From: Nymphaea colorata
Taxonomy: Eukaryota
NCBI RefSeq assembly: GCF_008831285.2
Contig: NC_045138.2
Span: forward strand, 21,080,001-21,144,000
Length of the DNA: 64,000 nt
Direction of reading: 5' to 3'
The first letter of the stretch is position 1; each line of letters opens with the position of its first letter. The notes beneath the pieces were generated by a model. The model was not told where the DNA came from. It worked only from the letters and a program-made list of their open reading frames with translations, and made no database searches. Below, piece after piece: positions 30,599 through 43,692 of this stretch. Both the position numbers and the translations under genes were made by a program.

Positions 30599-30606
30599 TA
30601 GGGTTT
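30599..30606. promoter_or_regulatory. Telo-box (TAGGGTTT = AAACCCTA reverse complement) in the SHM7-like leader
   Basis: Exact motif between the uORF stop and the main ATG. It is short, so a chance occurrence is possible. Confidence 0.35.
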
Positions 30607-30624
30607 GAAATTTAGGAGTTTGCG

Positions 30625-33600
30625 ATGGATCTGTCGGAATCGCAGTCGAGTCTGTCGCTGGGGTTCCGGCAGCTGAGCCCGCCGCCTCGGACGCCGATCA
30701 CAGACGACTCGATATCGCTGCAGCTCGATTCTGGATTCAGCGACTGCGGAAATGCCCGGCGGATTCCCCTTCAGCTGCTCGACCAGCCCGAGCACACGGA
30801 GAGTAGGGCCGACTCCAACCAGGACCGGGACAAGGAGGAGTTTAGCATCCTCGGGTACACCATGCGCCTGAAGCGCCGGAAGGAGGCGGAGCCGTCTCCC
30901 CCTCGTCCGCCGGTTCCAGCGTTCTTGCGGCCGGATTCGGGGTGCTCGAGCTCCGCGTCGACGAGCAAGCAGGGGATGGTGCAGATGGAGGCGAGGCGGG
31001 CAGCTGTGAGGGCGTGGGCTAACCAGCCGCTCTCGGCTGCCGACGCCGACGTCTGGGAGATCATGGAGAAGGAGAAGGAGCGACAGTTCAGGGGTATTGA
31101 GCTAATCGCGTCGGAGAATTTCGTGTGCAGGGGCGTGCTCGAGGCTCTTGGGAGCCACCTGACCAACAAGTACTCGGAAGGATTGCCTGGGGCGAGATAC
31201 TACATAGGCAACCAATACATCGATCAGATCGAATTGCTTTGCCAGAAGCGGGCGCTGGCAGCTTTTCATCTCGATCCTGAGAAGTGGGGAGTGAACGTGC
31301 AACCGTACTCCTGCACCTCGGCTAATTTCGCCGTTTACACGGGCCTTCTTCTTCCCAAGGATCGGATTATGGGCCTGGATTCACCGTCTGGTGGGCATCT
31401 GAGTCATGGCTATTATACGCCGAGTGGGAAGAAAGTTTCTGGTGCGTCAATCTTCTTCGAGAGCCTGCCGTATAAGGTGAACCTCCAGACGGGATATATC
31501 GACTACGAGAAATTGGAAGAGAAGGCGCTTGACTTTCGGCCCAAGATATTAATATGTGGTGGAAGCTCATACCCACGAGAATGGGATTATTCACGTTTCC
31601 GGCAGATTGCTGATAAATGTGGAGCTGTATTAATGTGCGACATGGCACAGATCGGTGGTCTTATAGCTGCCAAGGTATGAAATTATGTTGAAATTCTGGT
31701 ACAAGCTGTTGATTTCGTTGGTTTTATTGTGTTTCTGAGCTCAATCCACTATTTCAACCCCAATTTTTGCTGTGCGGAATCAATTTCTAGGTATGAGCCT
31801 TGCCTGGTATTTTCTTCTGTACTTCGATAATCCATTTCTTTGATTGGTGAAATCTTCATTATAAATTGGGAAGCATGTGGCAACTCCATCTTGTGCGGAT
31901 GTTTTAGCTATTGACGATGCTTCGTGTATACAGTCGGTTATCATAATTATACATAAGAAAGTCTGGCGTTTGAACTTTTACATAGATAAACTGCTAGGAT
32001 TTAGTTTGTGAATTGTGATAGTATTAGGCACTGACGTTGGGGTAAACTTGTCCCATTAGCATTCCGAGTCCATCCCACGAAAGAGATGAATTGGAAAAAG
32101 GAAAATTGTATTTATCTCTAGTGAAAAACAAACAATTATCTATAGATTAATTGCCAAAGGAATGTAGTGCGATCTAGCCATTTAAAATACTGAATCTGAA
32201 GCTGTGACTACTATAGCAGTACACGTAGATCTTGCACTGCTTTCTCATCGGTGTAATCCATAGTATGGAGTTGCACAGTTACAAAATGCCAAACCCTTAG
32301 AGCACTTCTGATTTTTCTTATCCTTACTGTACTAATGGCAATTGAACACATAGCGAGGAAGTTCTTCACCACCGTACATCTTTGTATACCTGAAACTGGA
32401 TGCAAAAAGTCTGTGGGAAGAGGTCCAACTTTCTTCACCCATTTTTTGGGTGCAATTACTAAATGCACTGGGGGAAGCAATTTGTGGAGAATCTTAATAT
32501 CTTATATGCCCCTAAGATCGGATTACCTTGTTTCTCTGGTGTTGGTCTGCTGGTACTTCTTTCATAGGGGTGAGTTTCCTTCTTCTCTTTCCATTTCTTT
32601 TCCAGATCTGCAATTTTTAGGTGTCTATACATCATGAAAATTAAAAGAAGGGGATTACATCTCAAACCAACCACTGATAGCATAGCAGGTGAATGTTGAG
32701 CATGGTAGGTGAGTGTTGATGTGTCCGGCAAAGCTATTTGTGATTGATGCTGCTTAGAATAATTTGCCTGATCATGTTTAGATCAACTCTAGTAGCTTTC
32801 TGCATAGAAACAGACAAAAGAATCTGTTTTGTAGGATAAGAATTGAGCACTCCATGCTTTGATTTTGTGGTCTGGTTACAAGTGAAATGGGAACACTTGC
32901 TAATGCGACATGTCCTACATCTCTGAGATAATCAGAATCGGTAGAATTTGTAGGGCACAGGTTACTCAGCAATCTTTCTACGATCCATTTTAATGAGAAT
33001 CTGTAGGGAGCTTTATTCGCATCTTGCACTTATTGTGTTCCATGTGAAAATCCTCACCAGCTCTATTTGCAGACACTCAATATTATTCTCGAATCTCCTC
33101 TTGTCATCATATGGTCCCATGGCAAGTTCTTTTGTCTTCTTGGTGTTCTTGGAACTAGACAAACTTTTGTAAACATCAAATGGTTTAGCTTGTATCAGAC
33201 ATCATTGTTATGATCCATATGATCCTTGCTGTTAGATCTTTTTTCTTTGTTCAATGTGCATGTGGCTCACAGATGTGCATGCACAAGAAACTGATTTGGT
33301 CTAGTTTTTTCTTTTTCAATTGTTTATGATATGGTTTACTGAAACCTTGGTTGATGTCTGAAGTTCATTGAACTGAATCCTTTATTGGTAGTGTTCTTTT
33401 TTCCTTTTTTTTCTTCTTCTTTTTGGCTTGAGTATCTTGAGTAAGTCTGATTTTTAGTTCCTCTTTGGTTCTTTTTCCTAAAGTTGCAGCTTATAGTTTC
33501 TTGCACTAATTAGCTCACTGGCACACTGCCTACTTTTTCGTTAGTTGCTTAATTGTTCAATGACGCTATTTGCAGGAATGCTTAAGCCCGTTTGATTATT

Positions 33601-36600
33601 GTGACATTGTTACATCAACAACCCACAAAAGCCTCCGGGGCCCAAGAGGTGGTATAATCTTCTACAGGAAGGGGGTAAGACCAAAGAGACGAGGATTATG
33701 CAGTTATCCATCGGCTGAAAATGAGCAGTACGATTTTGAAGAGAGGATAAATTTTGCTGTTTTCCCATCATTACAAGGTGGGCCTCACAATAATCATATT
33801 GCTGCTCTAGCAGTAGCCTTAAAACAGATTGCCAGCCCTGAGTACAAAGCTTACATGCAACAAGTGAAGAGAAATGCTCAAGCTTTTGCAGCTGCTTTGC
33901 TGAGAAGAAAATGTCGGCTTGTCACTGGAGGCACCGACAACCATTTGCTGTTATGGGATTTAAGGCCTTTGGGTTTAACAGGTAAACATTGACTTTCGTC
34001 TTTTGACTTCATAATCCCTTCATTGGATAGTTTTGGAGTAATTACTAAATGAAATAAACCAAATGCTCAGGCAGTAAACGTTTCCCAATTTTATATATTT
34101 TATTTCTGCTTTTTTCTGCGGATCGGTTAAAGTTTTGGGTAGCTCACCAGTATAGACACTGCTTTAGAAATATTTCTTTTCAAAAAGCAAAGGCAAAATT
34201 ATCACAGTATGTTCATATAAAGTATGACATAAATATCTGAGAATTTCCTGAAATTCTTGTAGAATAACAATTAGGTCTTTTAAGAATTACAACATGGCTG
34301 CCTATTTTGGTTTAGTTAATTTTTTCCTTATTGTAAGGGTATATTTACATCTCTTCTTAAGAATCACTGGGTAGTCATCATGCAAACTTTTCCTTTTCTC
34401 TACGTGCTTTTTTTTCTTGTGAAATAATATAAAAGTTTAGCATCCTGGGCAATTTCCATAACTGAGATACTTGCTACTCTAATGATAGATGTCCACGTCA
34501 CTAATTTTTCTGAGGGTGTGCATTCTCTCACACACACCCAAAATTTGATCTGCCATGGTTGATCTTAATAATGTGGCCCACTATGCAGAAGAGGTTTTTC
34601 TTAATAGGTGTATGAACTACTAGGACCCATGATCTATGTTTTTTCTTGAATGCAAACCGTAATAATGTCAGGGATGTATTTTGAGAATCTCATGGCTCAT
34701 GCTGCTAATATCAAAGCAATATGAAACATTTTTTACAGGAAAATCTTGTGATATTTACAAAATGTCGCCAAAAGTATTTCTTGAGATAGTAGTATGATGA
34801 TTTTCATTTTTTACAAATTTTTTTGATGCATTATCAGTGTGTGTTTACATTTTTTGTTTATTTTTAAAATTTTAAAATGATTTCAAATTTATCAATATGT
34901 TTTTAAGATCATCAGTAGAGACCTCTTAATTCCATAATTTTTTAAGTTTATTTGTTTTCCTGAATTCCTGGGATTTTCCCAAGAAAAACAAGTTTGTCAA
35001 GCGATAGACTAGGAAAATGTTGCCGATAAAGCTGGAGAACAATATTTGTGGCTATAGGACTGTGAACACATTGGTCCAATTAGAAGTGCATTTTACAGAA
35101 CAAGATGTGTACTTCCTAACACTGGACAGCATTCTTTGGTGTGGTAATTCTTTTCTTGTTTACCTAGCTTTAGCATGTTTAATATCAGGTGAAATGCCTA
35201 AGCATTTGAAAAGTTTTTGTATAAATCTACACAAGACCTCAAAAGTTGGAGACTATCTGCCCCACTTGTTATAATCATTTTTCCCCTTGAATTCAGGAAA
35301 GTTGTTTGCCTAATCTTTTTTTAATGTTTAGGAAGAAGTTTTTCCTATTTCCTCTGTATTTCCAGTTGCATACCATATTACAGTAAATAGACATGTAAAG
35401 AGGGAAGCTAATAATATGATTTTGATGAACACTGGTTCCTTGTGGACCTCTAAAAATGCCAATAGTTTTTGCATGCAATAGGGTGACAACAAAAAGTAAT
35501 ATCCACCTAGAAAGGTTTCTTCGAGTAATGTGCTCATAGATTTTCAACTTTGATAATCTGGTGATTTATATGCTTGTTGGATAAATTATGATGTAAAACT
35601 AACACTGTTTTGAACTGCCTTTTAAATGTCTGTGAGGACATCATAAAACTGCGCTATGGCTCTAATGTTTGTTTTACAAGTTAAAGCTTCATAGCAATGC
35701 TTATAATTTAGTTTATAGATGCTTCAGTTTGTTGAGTTGGGAATACATGGCAAGAACTCTGAAACTTCAGAAAAATGTTCCACTTCACGATTGTCTTGGT
35801 TAAGGCTTTTTCTTGGTTAAGGCTTCTGCTTTGGCCTTTGGTTCAGGTTCTCTTTTGCTTTGACTTGCATCCCTTAGCTGTGATGTTTCTCAATATGCTT
35901 GGTGTGGACTTCAGTTTTATTTTTCACCCATTATGTTTGCAATCCAAAGAAAAGGTGCAGTTAATTCATTACCGGGCATCTTAAAGTCTCTGTTTTTACT
36001 TTTTAAGTATGGAAATTTGACGGTAGAAAAACTATATTTTCTGTGTGCTATGTGATGGATGCTGTTAAATTGGGGTTAGCACTGCGTTTTAAATTGTTTA
36101 TTGCGGCAAATGACTTGTTTGATGTTGTTTTGTATCATTGTGTTGGACATTCTGAGTTTTTTTTTTTCGAATGCTTGTCCTTTAGGCCCGACATGTCTCA
36201 TCGACTAAAACAGAGATTGTTTCTTGTTATGTTCAATGACGTCTTGACATTACCAATAGCTCAGTCTGGCTGTCCTCTTTATGGATGTAACAGCTGTTAG
36301 TCTTCTGGAAGAATTCAAAGTTTCGACATCTATGGCTGGCTAGTTGTCAGCCTCCTTTACGGTGCAAGTTGAATAGTTTCTGCACTTAAAATGGTTCTTA
36401 AATTCTATACTTCATGGTGACAGGGTAATGAGTATGTGTCCTGGATGCAATATGATATGAGGATATCTGGTTGGAGTTGTCTGTCTGCCAATTAATATCC
36501 CACGTGATGTTTTTTAATCAAGGGGTTCCTGCTGCAAGTTATACAATAGCATTTAAGAATCCATTTCTGCATGTAATGCCGAGTCAATGACTGTTCATGG

Positions 36601-37224
36601 CCCCCCCCACAAACTATACTCACTGAAATATTCGCCACTATAATTATTTGTGCAACTTTAAGATGTATATTTTGTTTTAGGTAGAACTACCAACAAATTA
36701 CACACAATTTCATATTTATTGATATTTGAGAGGATTGTACTCAATGGAAAGTTCTGATGTTTCTTTCTCTCAACCGTTTGTCAGGTAAAAGCTACGAAAA
36801 GGTTTGTGAAATGTGCCACATTAGCCTAAACAAAAGCGCAATATTCGGCGACAACGGTGCTGTTTCTCCTGGGGGTGTGAGGATTGGTAAGTATTAGGAG
36901 ATCAGGATTTTGCTTTGTTTGTTACAGATGAGAGTGAAACGCTTACTGTACTGCACACAATTATCTCACTCTGATTGGTGGTTGTTTCACCTATGATCAG
37001 GAACTCAGGCAATGACGACTAGGGGCTGCTTGGAGAATGATTTTGAGACGATAGCAGAGCTTCTTCTCAAGGCAGCTCAGATTGGAAATGCCATCCACAA
37101 GGAACACGGGAAGTTGCAGAAGGATTTCTTGAAGGGCCTCCACAGCAACAAGGATGTCCTTGAGCTGAGGAACCGCGTGGAGAATTTCGCGTCCCAGTTT
37201 GCTCTGCCTGCATTCGACTTGTGA
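30625..37224 (+). CDS. SHM7: Nuclear-type serine hydroxymethyltransferase (SHM6/SHM7-MSA1 clade); exons 30625-31674, 33576-33981, 36785-36886, 37001-37224; 593 aa
   Basis: SHMT motifs [34 protein letters not shown] (PLP lysine), [10 protein letters not shown] and GGTDNHL are present. There is a ~130-aa N-terminal extension with a basic patch (RLKRRKE) and an internal KGVRPKRR insertion typical of the SHM6/7 clade. Junctions are GT-AG and lengths 1050+406+102+224=1782 nt are in frame. SHM6 and SHM7 cannot be distinguished here. Confidence 0.95.
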
Positions 37225-37829
37225 AGAGAATTGAGGATGCTTGTTTGCCGTGTGATGGGGGCTCTGTAAATCCGCCATTGATGTGCAGAAATATGAGGTT
37301 TTGATATGCAGAAATATGAGGTTGTGCTTGTGCTGTTCCCCTTCGCTGGTCTTTCTTGTAAATAGCATATAAAATATTTACTGCATTTCATTATTGTTCT
37401 TGTTGAGATGCCGATGTGCATCGGCAAAAAAAGTCCGGTCTTGGTTGTGGTCGTTCTGGCATTCGAGAAAGCAATTGAAGATTGGGGAGGCCACGTGTAT
37501 CTAGAAGGAATGCGGTCTTCATTGCGTCTGCCCGACATGTCAGCATCTTTGCATTTGTGAGTAGGTCCATTTTGTGGCGAGCACGTGCAGACGGTGTGCC
37601 TGACGGTAAGTCTTTTTTGAATCGGAGGATGGGCTAAATCGGTTGCATGATTTAATTTGTTACTTTAAACCTAATATTGTTCGATCAAGTGATCAAATGA
37701 TCAGATAATGTGATAGATGTGATTTTTATAATTATTTTAAAATTGATAACTGTCTGAAACCACTGAAGTAAAAATAATGCCAAAGCATATAAATACATGT
37801 CAAAATTTTGAAAATGCTAACAATGAAAT

Positions 37830-37862
<33 letters not shown>

Positions 37863-40040
37863 TGTCTGGCCTCGACTGCTTTAATTTTGTAGTTTTTATC
37901 AACGCTTAGAAAGTCAGTGGACGTAGGTATTTTGTCATAATGTCTTATGTATATGATATCTTTTCTATGCATTGATTTTGGTGTTTTTCTGCTTATATAA
38001 TTTTTTGAAACAGCCATAAGAAGGAAGTGAAATGGCTGGACAACTGTCAAATGATATGCAAGAATAGTTCAAACTTGCGCTGTACCATCTCTTACTAACT
38101 CGACTTAATTAATCAGGTTATATTTACAAACATTGATTCTAATTTGGGCTCGTTTCAGAAGCTTATTTTTTCAGACGGACAAAGTTTGACATTTCCACAT
38201 ATAGAGTGCGGCTCTTTATCAGATCTTAATTGGATATGAAATTCAAAATTGGTTAAGAAAGACTCTTGATTAAATTTTGATTAGCAGCTGGATAAATTTC
38301 TTAACAAATTTGAAATCTAATTGGTCATTGAATATGTTTAGTTCTGTTAGTTCAATCCCCAAAATCCTCTCCTCCTCCCCCTCAAGTCATGTTTAGTGAG
38401 AGAGATACATCGGAAGACAGAGGTATGTGTGAGGGAGACATTTTTGACCTCCCCCCATCTCAGAAACCAAAATCAGACAACCTAAAAGCAAATTTGGACA
38501 TAATTTCAGCATGAAAATGTGTTTATCGGTATTAATTTTGCACTAAACACACTTTGATTGTTGTTCATTTTATGGAGGAATGCGCTTTCTTGCTTATTGT
38601 TGTTGCACAAGCATTCCACGCCACACTGAGCAGTCAACGTTCTTGTTATGGGTGCTCCAATGAACATCACTGACAAGCTTCCTAGTTTTTACAGTATGAT
38701 GCCTAACTATGTTCACAGATCGTTTTCCTTTTTTGTGTGTCGCAGCAGATTAGCTCGAGTTGATCACATTGCCAATCACTTCTGTTGGACAGAAAAGCCG
38801 CTTATAATTCGAGGCTCGACACCCAAGAAAGGCAGTTCTTTTTGTACAGTCTGAAACATCTGCAAGTTCATCAAGTTTTCCCGATGCGCAAGTAAGACTG
38901 TGCTGAATCCCAGCTTCAAACTCGAAAAAACAAAAGAGGGAGGGAGGGAGAGGAGGTGGGATCAGGAGCTGAAAGACTCGTTTTCATGGGGTCTGTTACA
39001 TCCCAATAGAAGCTGTTTTTTGCTTGTTCTGGAGATTGTATGAAGGTGAACAGGCCTGGCAGAAGGGGTGCAGTTAGAGACCGCGAACAGAAGCTGTGGC
39101 CGGAGATGGGGAAGTCTTATTCCCTTCAAGAATTATTCTGGAGTGATCGAGGAAAGATAAGGCCGCAAGAAGGTAGCTGCAGGAAGGGGAGGTAGGTGTT
39201 CTGCATGCAGAATGTTGTAAAGAGAGTATGCGTTGTAGTTTTAGAGATGCAGACGTTCATGGATCTCAAAAGAATGTAAACATTTCCTGGGCAATTGTCC
39301 AAATGGGGAATGGACTACCCAATGACTTTGTTATTATCCTTCAGTTTCAGATTTATAACCACTGAACATCTTATACCACATGTAAGAGTCTGTTTAATCC
39401 CAGCTTGCTGATTGAAGAAAGAAAAAATATTCATTTTACATGATTAATACTTTCTTACTAGTGAATCTATATCACTTACTCCAATTTGATTTTACAATTT
39501 GGTTTGGTCCTCTTGATCCACACAGATAAAAAAGTTTGAGAGTAAGGATTCTGTTGCTTGGAGTTGTGTTCATGCAAAGATAGGGCACAGTCGATCAAGA
39601 TGAGACTCTCACAAGGGGAATAAAAATGCTTATAAAGGGAACCCCGTGGGGTACTTGTTAGGAGGAAGACCTGTATCAAATCTTAGCGCTGCCAAGCTTT
39701 TTCCGTGGTGTTGTTCTTGTAAGACATGGTATGGTAGTTTGGGGCTTGCCCAATGTGAAATCTCTGAGCAACAAAGTCCATAACTTATTTTAGCTTTGAA
39801 AAGTTCATTAGCACAAGAAAAGCATTCAAACATTTTCGTATAAGGATATGCATAATGGTTGATGGCTCACATTGCACTAAAACTAAGTTTATTAGGCAGA
39901 TTCTTCCGGCATAAGAGAAAATCCGACCCTTCCAACCGCTTAACTTCTTGGAGACCTTCTCCTCAAGTAGGAACGCAGAGCTCCTACATCACGTTACCAA
40001 CAAAACAGGGGAAGGCCTACAATAGTTTCTTGGAAAACAG

Positions 40041-40125
40041 TGGTATCAGAGTCAATTCAACACTTCGACCTAGGGTTCCATATGCGCAAACGTGTGTGCC
40101 TTAAAGGGGGAAGATTGTAACACCC
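40041..40125 (+). mobile_element. LTR-retroelement core: tRNA-Met PBS, polypurine tract and LTR start
   Basis: ...AAAACA then TGGTATCAGAG (40041-40051, initiator-Met PBS). PPT AAAGGGGGAAGA (40103-40114) is followed by TGTAACACCC (40116). Confidence 0.65.
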
Positions 40126-40866
40126 TAAAAATTTAATCTTCTATTAAATGTTGTAAAAAAATCTTAAAGGGCTTATAAAGGAGGTTATTAAATATATGGT
40201 TGTCCTGGTTTCTAGCATTTTTGGGATTAGAGCCGAATATGCTAGAGTGCAGTTTGGGATTCGCCGAATCAAGGGCTCGAGCCCAAGAATGGGTTGAATT
40301 GTTACAAAAGGTGTGACTGACAATTTGCATGGATTCAACAAGCCTTATTTTCAAATTCCCGACCATAGAGATTACCATAGTCAAGTTCAACTTACAAAAC
40401 AAGAGAATATCAAAGCTGGTTATATGCATAAACCTGTGCACCTATACATCGTGCATAAGCCCATGTGCATGACACGTACCCTTGGGATTTGGCCGAGGGG
40501 TTACATGTCATGCACCAGGGGTGGTGCACAGTGCACCCTGGTGCACATAACCACCTCTTGGATAACCTTGTCTGCAAAAGCCAACATTGGTGCAATGAGA
40601 TCCAGTCCAAAAGGCAAGGAATTTGTATATGATCTCTTGCTTTCTCCAACTTCGGTTTGTCTATGCAACAACAATGAAGAGATACAGAGACAAAGGATCA
40701 CCTTACCTCATTCTCTTTTTAGGTTTTGCTCTGCCCTATGATGGCATGGGTTGTTGTGGTGATACAAGTAAACCGATTTTGTTACTCCACCATCTACATA
40801 AGTAAGGGGGTGGAGGCAGGTGTGGGCAATTGAACACACAGACCTGTAAAAGACCTTATTTTCATA

Positions 40867-41005
40867 CTGATACTTCCGGATAATTTTTCTCATTAGTGCT
40901 CCACAAAAAGTTTGAGATTTTGTAACTAATCTCCTGATACTTCCAGATAATTTTTCTCGTTAGTGCCGCATAAAAAGTTTGAGATTTTGTAACTAATCTC
41001 CTGAT
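40867..41005. repeat. Direct tandem duplication, 2 x 67 bp
   Basis: CTGATACTTCC...AAAAAGTTTGAGATTTTGTAACTAATCTC starts at 40867 and 40934. Confidence 0.85.
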
Positions 41006-41645
41006 GGAAGCCAAAAAATTTTGTTAGCTCATCAATGATAGAAGCCAATTGATGGCAAGCACATGGGATGCATTTATCAAGAAAACTCAGTTCACCCAAT
41101 CTCAAGCATTGGAGGGGTCAAGCTTGAGAAGAAGGGAGCCTACATTTTGTTTCCTTCAATGCTTGACTAGCTCAGGAGCTCCATCTGGATATGGTCCCAG
41201 CAACTGCATTTATAAGTTCATGACTAGAATTATTGCTGCTCCAATGAAAGATATCTGGGCTGCCTTCAGGGCTTGTTTCTCTTAGCATGTCTAGCTCAGG
41301 ACCACATCCTAATGAAAATTACACTAATTAGATTCCAATAAGTTAGACCCATAATCAACCCAATAAGATTGCAAATCATTTCTTTGAGATCTAATACATT
41401 TGAAAATATTATTGGCCTTTCATTAAACCCTGATGGATTTTGACATCCTGTGAGGGCATCTGAAACATTATAGTTTGTAATGAAAATTAATCTTCAGGAG
41501 TGGAAGGAGAATCGTTAATATTCAAGCCAATTGATTAAGGAAACAAAGATTGCATCTCTCTCTCCATCTCTCTCAAGCATGCAGAGATTGGTTAAAATTT
41601 TGCCCTCACTTGCAAACAAAAGAATTTTTTACATTGAGTTGATAT

Positions 41646-42030
41646 AAGGGATGTCAACAAATCCGATTTAGTTTCGATATCTGATTGAACCACTTCGAAA
41701 GATCGGACTAGGAAAAAATAATTTGATATCCAATTAAGAAATCATATATGGATTCGGATTTATGAAATGACATTTAATGGGATTTGGATTAAACTAATGT
41801 CTGATCGGATTTGAATTCATATTGGATAGAGCTTTAAAAAAAAGCTAAATCCAATGTCTACACATTTTGAAAGGTAGATCTTAATATATGAATATGCAGG
41901 TAATTCACATTCAAACGTTAATCAAGAAATCGGATTTAAATCCAACTTGGATTTGTGAATTCACATTCAGATATGATATAGATTTTTCTTCATTTGTATT
42001 TGAATTCAAATATTTGAACATCCTAAAAAG
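41646..42030 (+). mobile_element. hAT-type MITE, ATCCGA-repeat family (truncated)
   Basis: Begins AAGGGATGTCAA and is colinear with the reverse complement of the copy ending at 61720 (shared ATATCCAATTAAGAAATCA and GATTCGGATTTA). Right end approximate. Confidence 0.65.
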
Positions 42031-42591
42031 TAGATAGGGCCCTATGATAGCAAAACTTCCATATGAGCAAAATATCTCAATGCAAGAAAAAATTAACCAA
42101 ATTCAATCTAAACGTTTCTAGCCTATATCTTATGTATCCCTTTGAAAAGAACCTCTATTCTAACCCATAGCAAGGCTTCTTTCATGGGACAATGTGTTAG
42201 GAAACAAAATGACTAAAATGCCCATGTTTTTTAAAAATGAAGATCCCTCAAACAAGGACAAAAGTGGAAATAAAAAAACAATTCAATAGAAAGGATGAAA
42301 AAAATGGCTCTCATTTAAAACGGTAGAACATGGGGCCCTATGTTAGCTAGCCACCTGACAAGGAGCCCCGCCGCATAAACGCCTGCCAAACCTTTGAATA
42401 AATAATACATACTCTTATGTTTTAATATTTTTAGATGATTTAATTAGACATGACGAAAAGTTAAACGAAAAAGTACCAACTTGAGCTCGTCTTAAGTAGG
42501 ATGCCTTTTTTCATAATTTTCATTTTCATATAGACCCCAAAAAAATTTTTAGAGGGGGTGCGTGCATTCACAGAGTTTCATATCCGAAAGA

Positions 42592-42598
<7 letters not shown>

Positions 42599-42672
<74 letters not shown>
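42599..42672. repeat. (TA)n microsatellite
   Basis: Pure TA run. Confidence 0.95.
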
Positions 42673-42675
<3 letters not shown>

Positions 42676-43259
42676 ACAATATTTTAATAAGATAAAGATA
42701 AGCAGTGCAAAGAAGTAAAGGTAAACTACCTATCAAGTTATGCAGAACAATTACTTAATCTAATGACAATCATGTGATTGGAAAAAGTTGTTGGAGACAA
42801 TTTCACCCAGTGAGCGATAGACTTATCGCACCATCTAGGCAAAAGCCGAAGCCCATCTCCTTCCCCTTGACCCGGAATGTCTGCGTCCTAGACCTTCAAG
42901 TTGAAGAAAATCAAGAGTTCAATAAAGGAGAGAGAGATGCTTGGACCATGTCGGTGCGCCCGAAAAATTGACGTGGGTGCATGTCACAAAGAGTCTGGGT
43001 TCCATGAATTGGCATAAAGGAGGATTAGCTTTTGCAGAAGTTGTCAAATGATAAGCCCAAGATGCCATTTCAACTAAGAACAAGTTTGTTGCGCAAAGGG
43101 ATGGGATCAGAATCCAACCAAAATGAAGTTGGGATGCGCTGGGGCCACTAGCTCCCAGCATAAGTAACAATGGTGCCAACAGCATCTAACAAGGGGCCTG
43201 ACTTGTTCTACTATTGCAACAAAATCCCAATCAATCTGTTTCACTCTACAAGATGTAAT

Positions 43260-43261
43260 GC

Positions 43262-43295
<34 letters not shown>

Positions 43296-43692
43296 ATACA
43301 TGTATGTAGTATATTTGTTATACTATACTATACATAATATATGTAATAGATTATGTGATTCTATATAAAAAATGTTATGTACTACATGTAAAACATGTAT
43401 CATATATATGCATGTATGATACATATATTATATTAACATATGTATGTATAATATATAATATATTACATATATGTGCCATATATAATACAGTACATATATA
43501 ATAGGTAATATACATTATATTATATATCAATATTATACATTTATATATGTTAACACATATACAGATTATATTATAGTATTTAACATTATATGTACATTAT
43601 ACGTTATAGAATATATACATATGTATATGTTTATAGTATATCTATATTATACATGTATATATGTTAGAGAGAGAGAGAGAGAAAGAGAGAGA
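43260..43692. repeat. Degenerate TA-rich low-complexity tract ending in (GA)n
   Basis: About 400 bp almost entirely of TA/TACA/TATG motifs. Confidence 0.8.

Noticed and set aside
30424..30627. Read-through fusion of the Cys-rich uORF to SHMT (same frame)
   Set aside because: Two in-frame stops intervene (TGA 30517 and a TAG just before the main ATG), and the only GT...AG candidates between them are too short for an intron.
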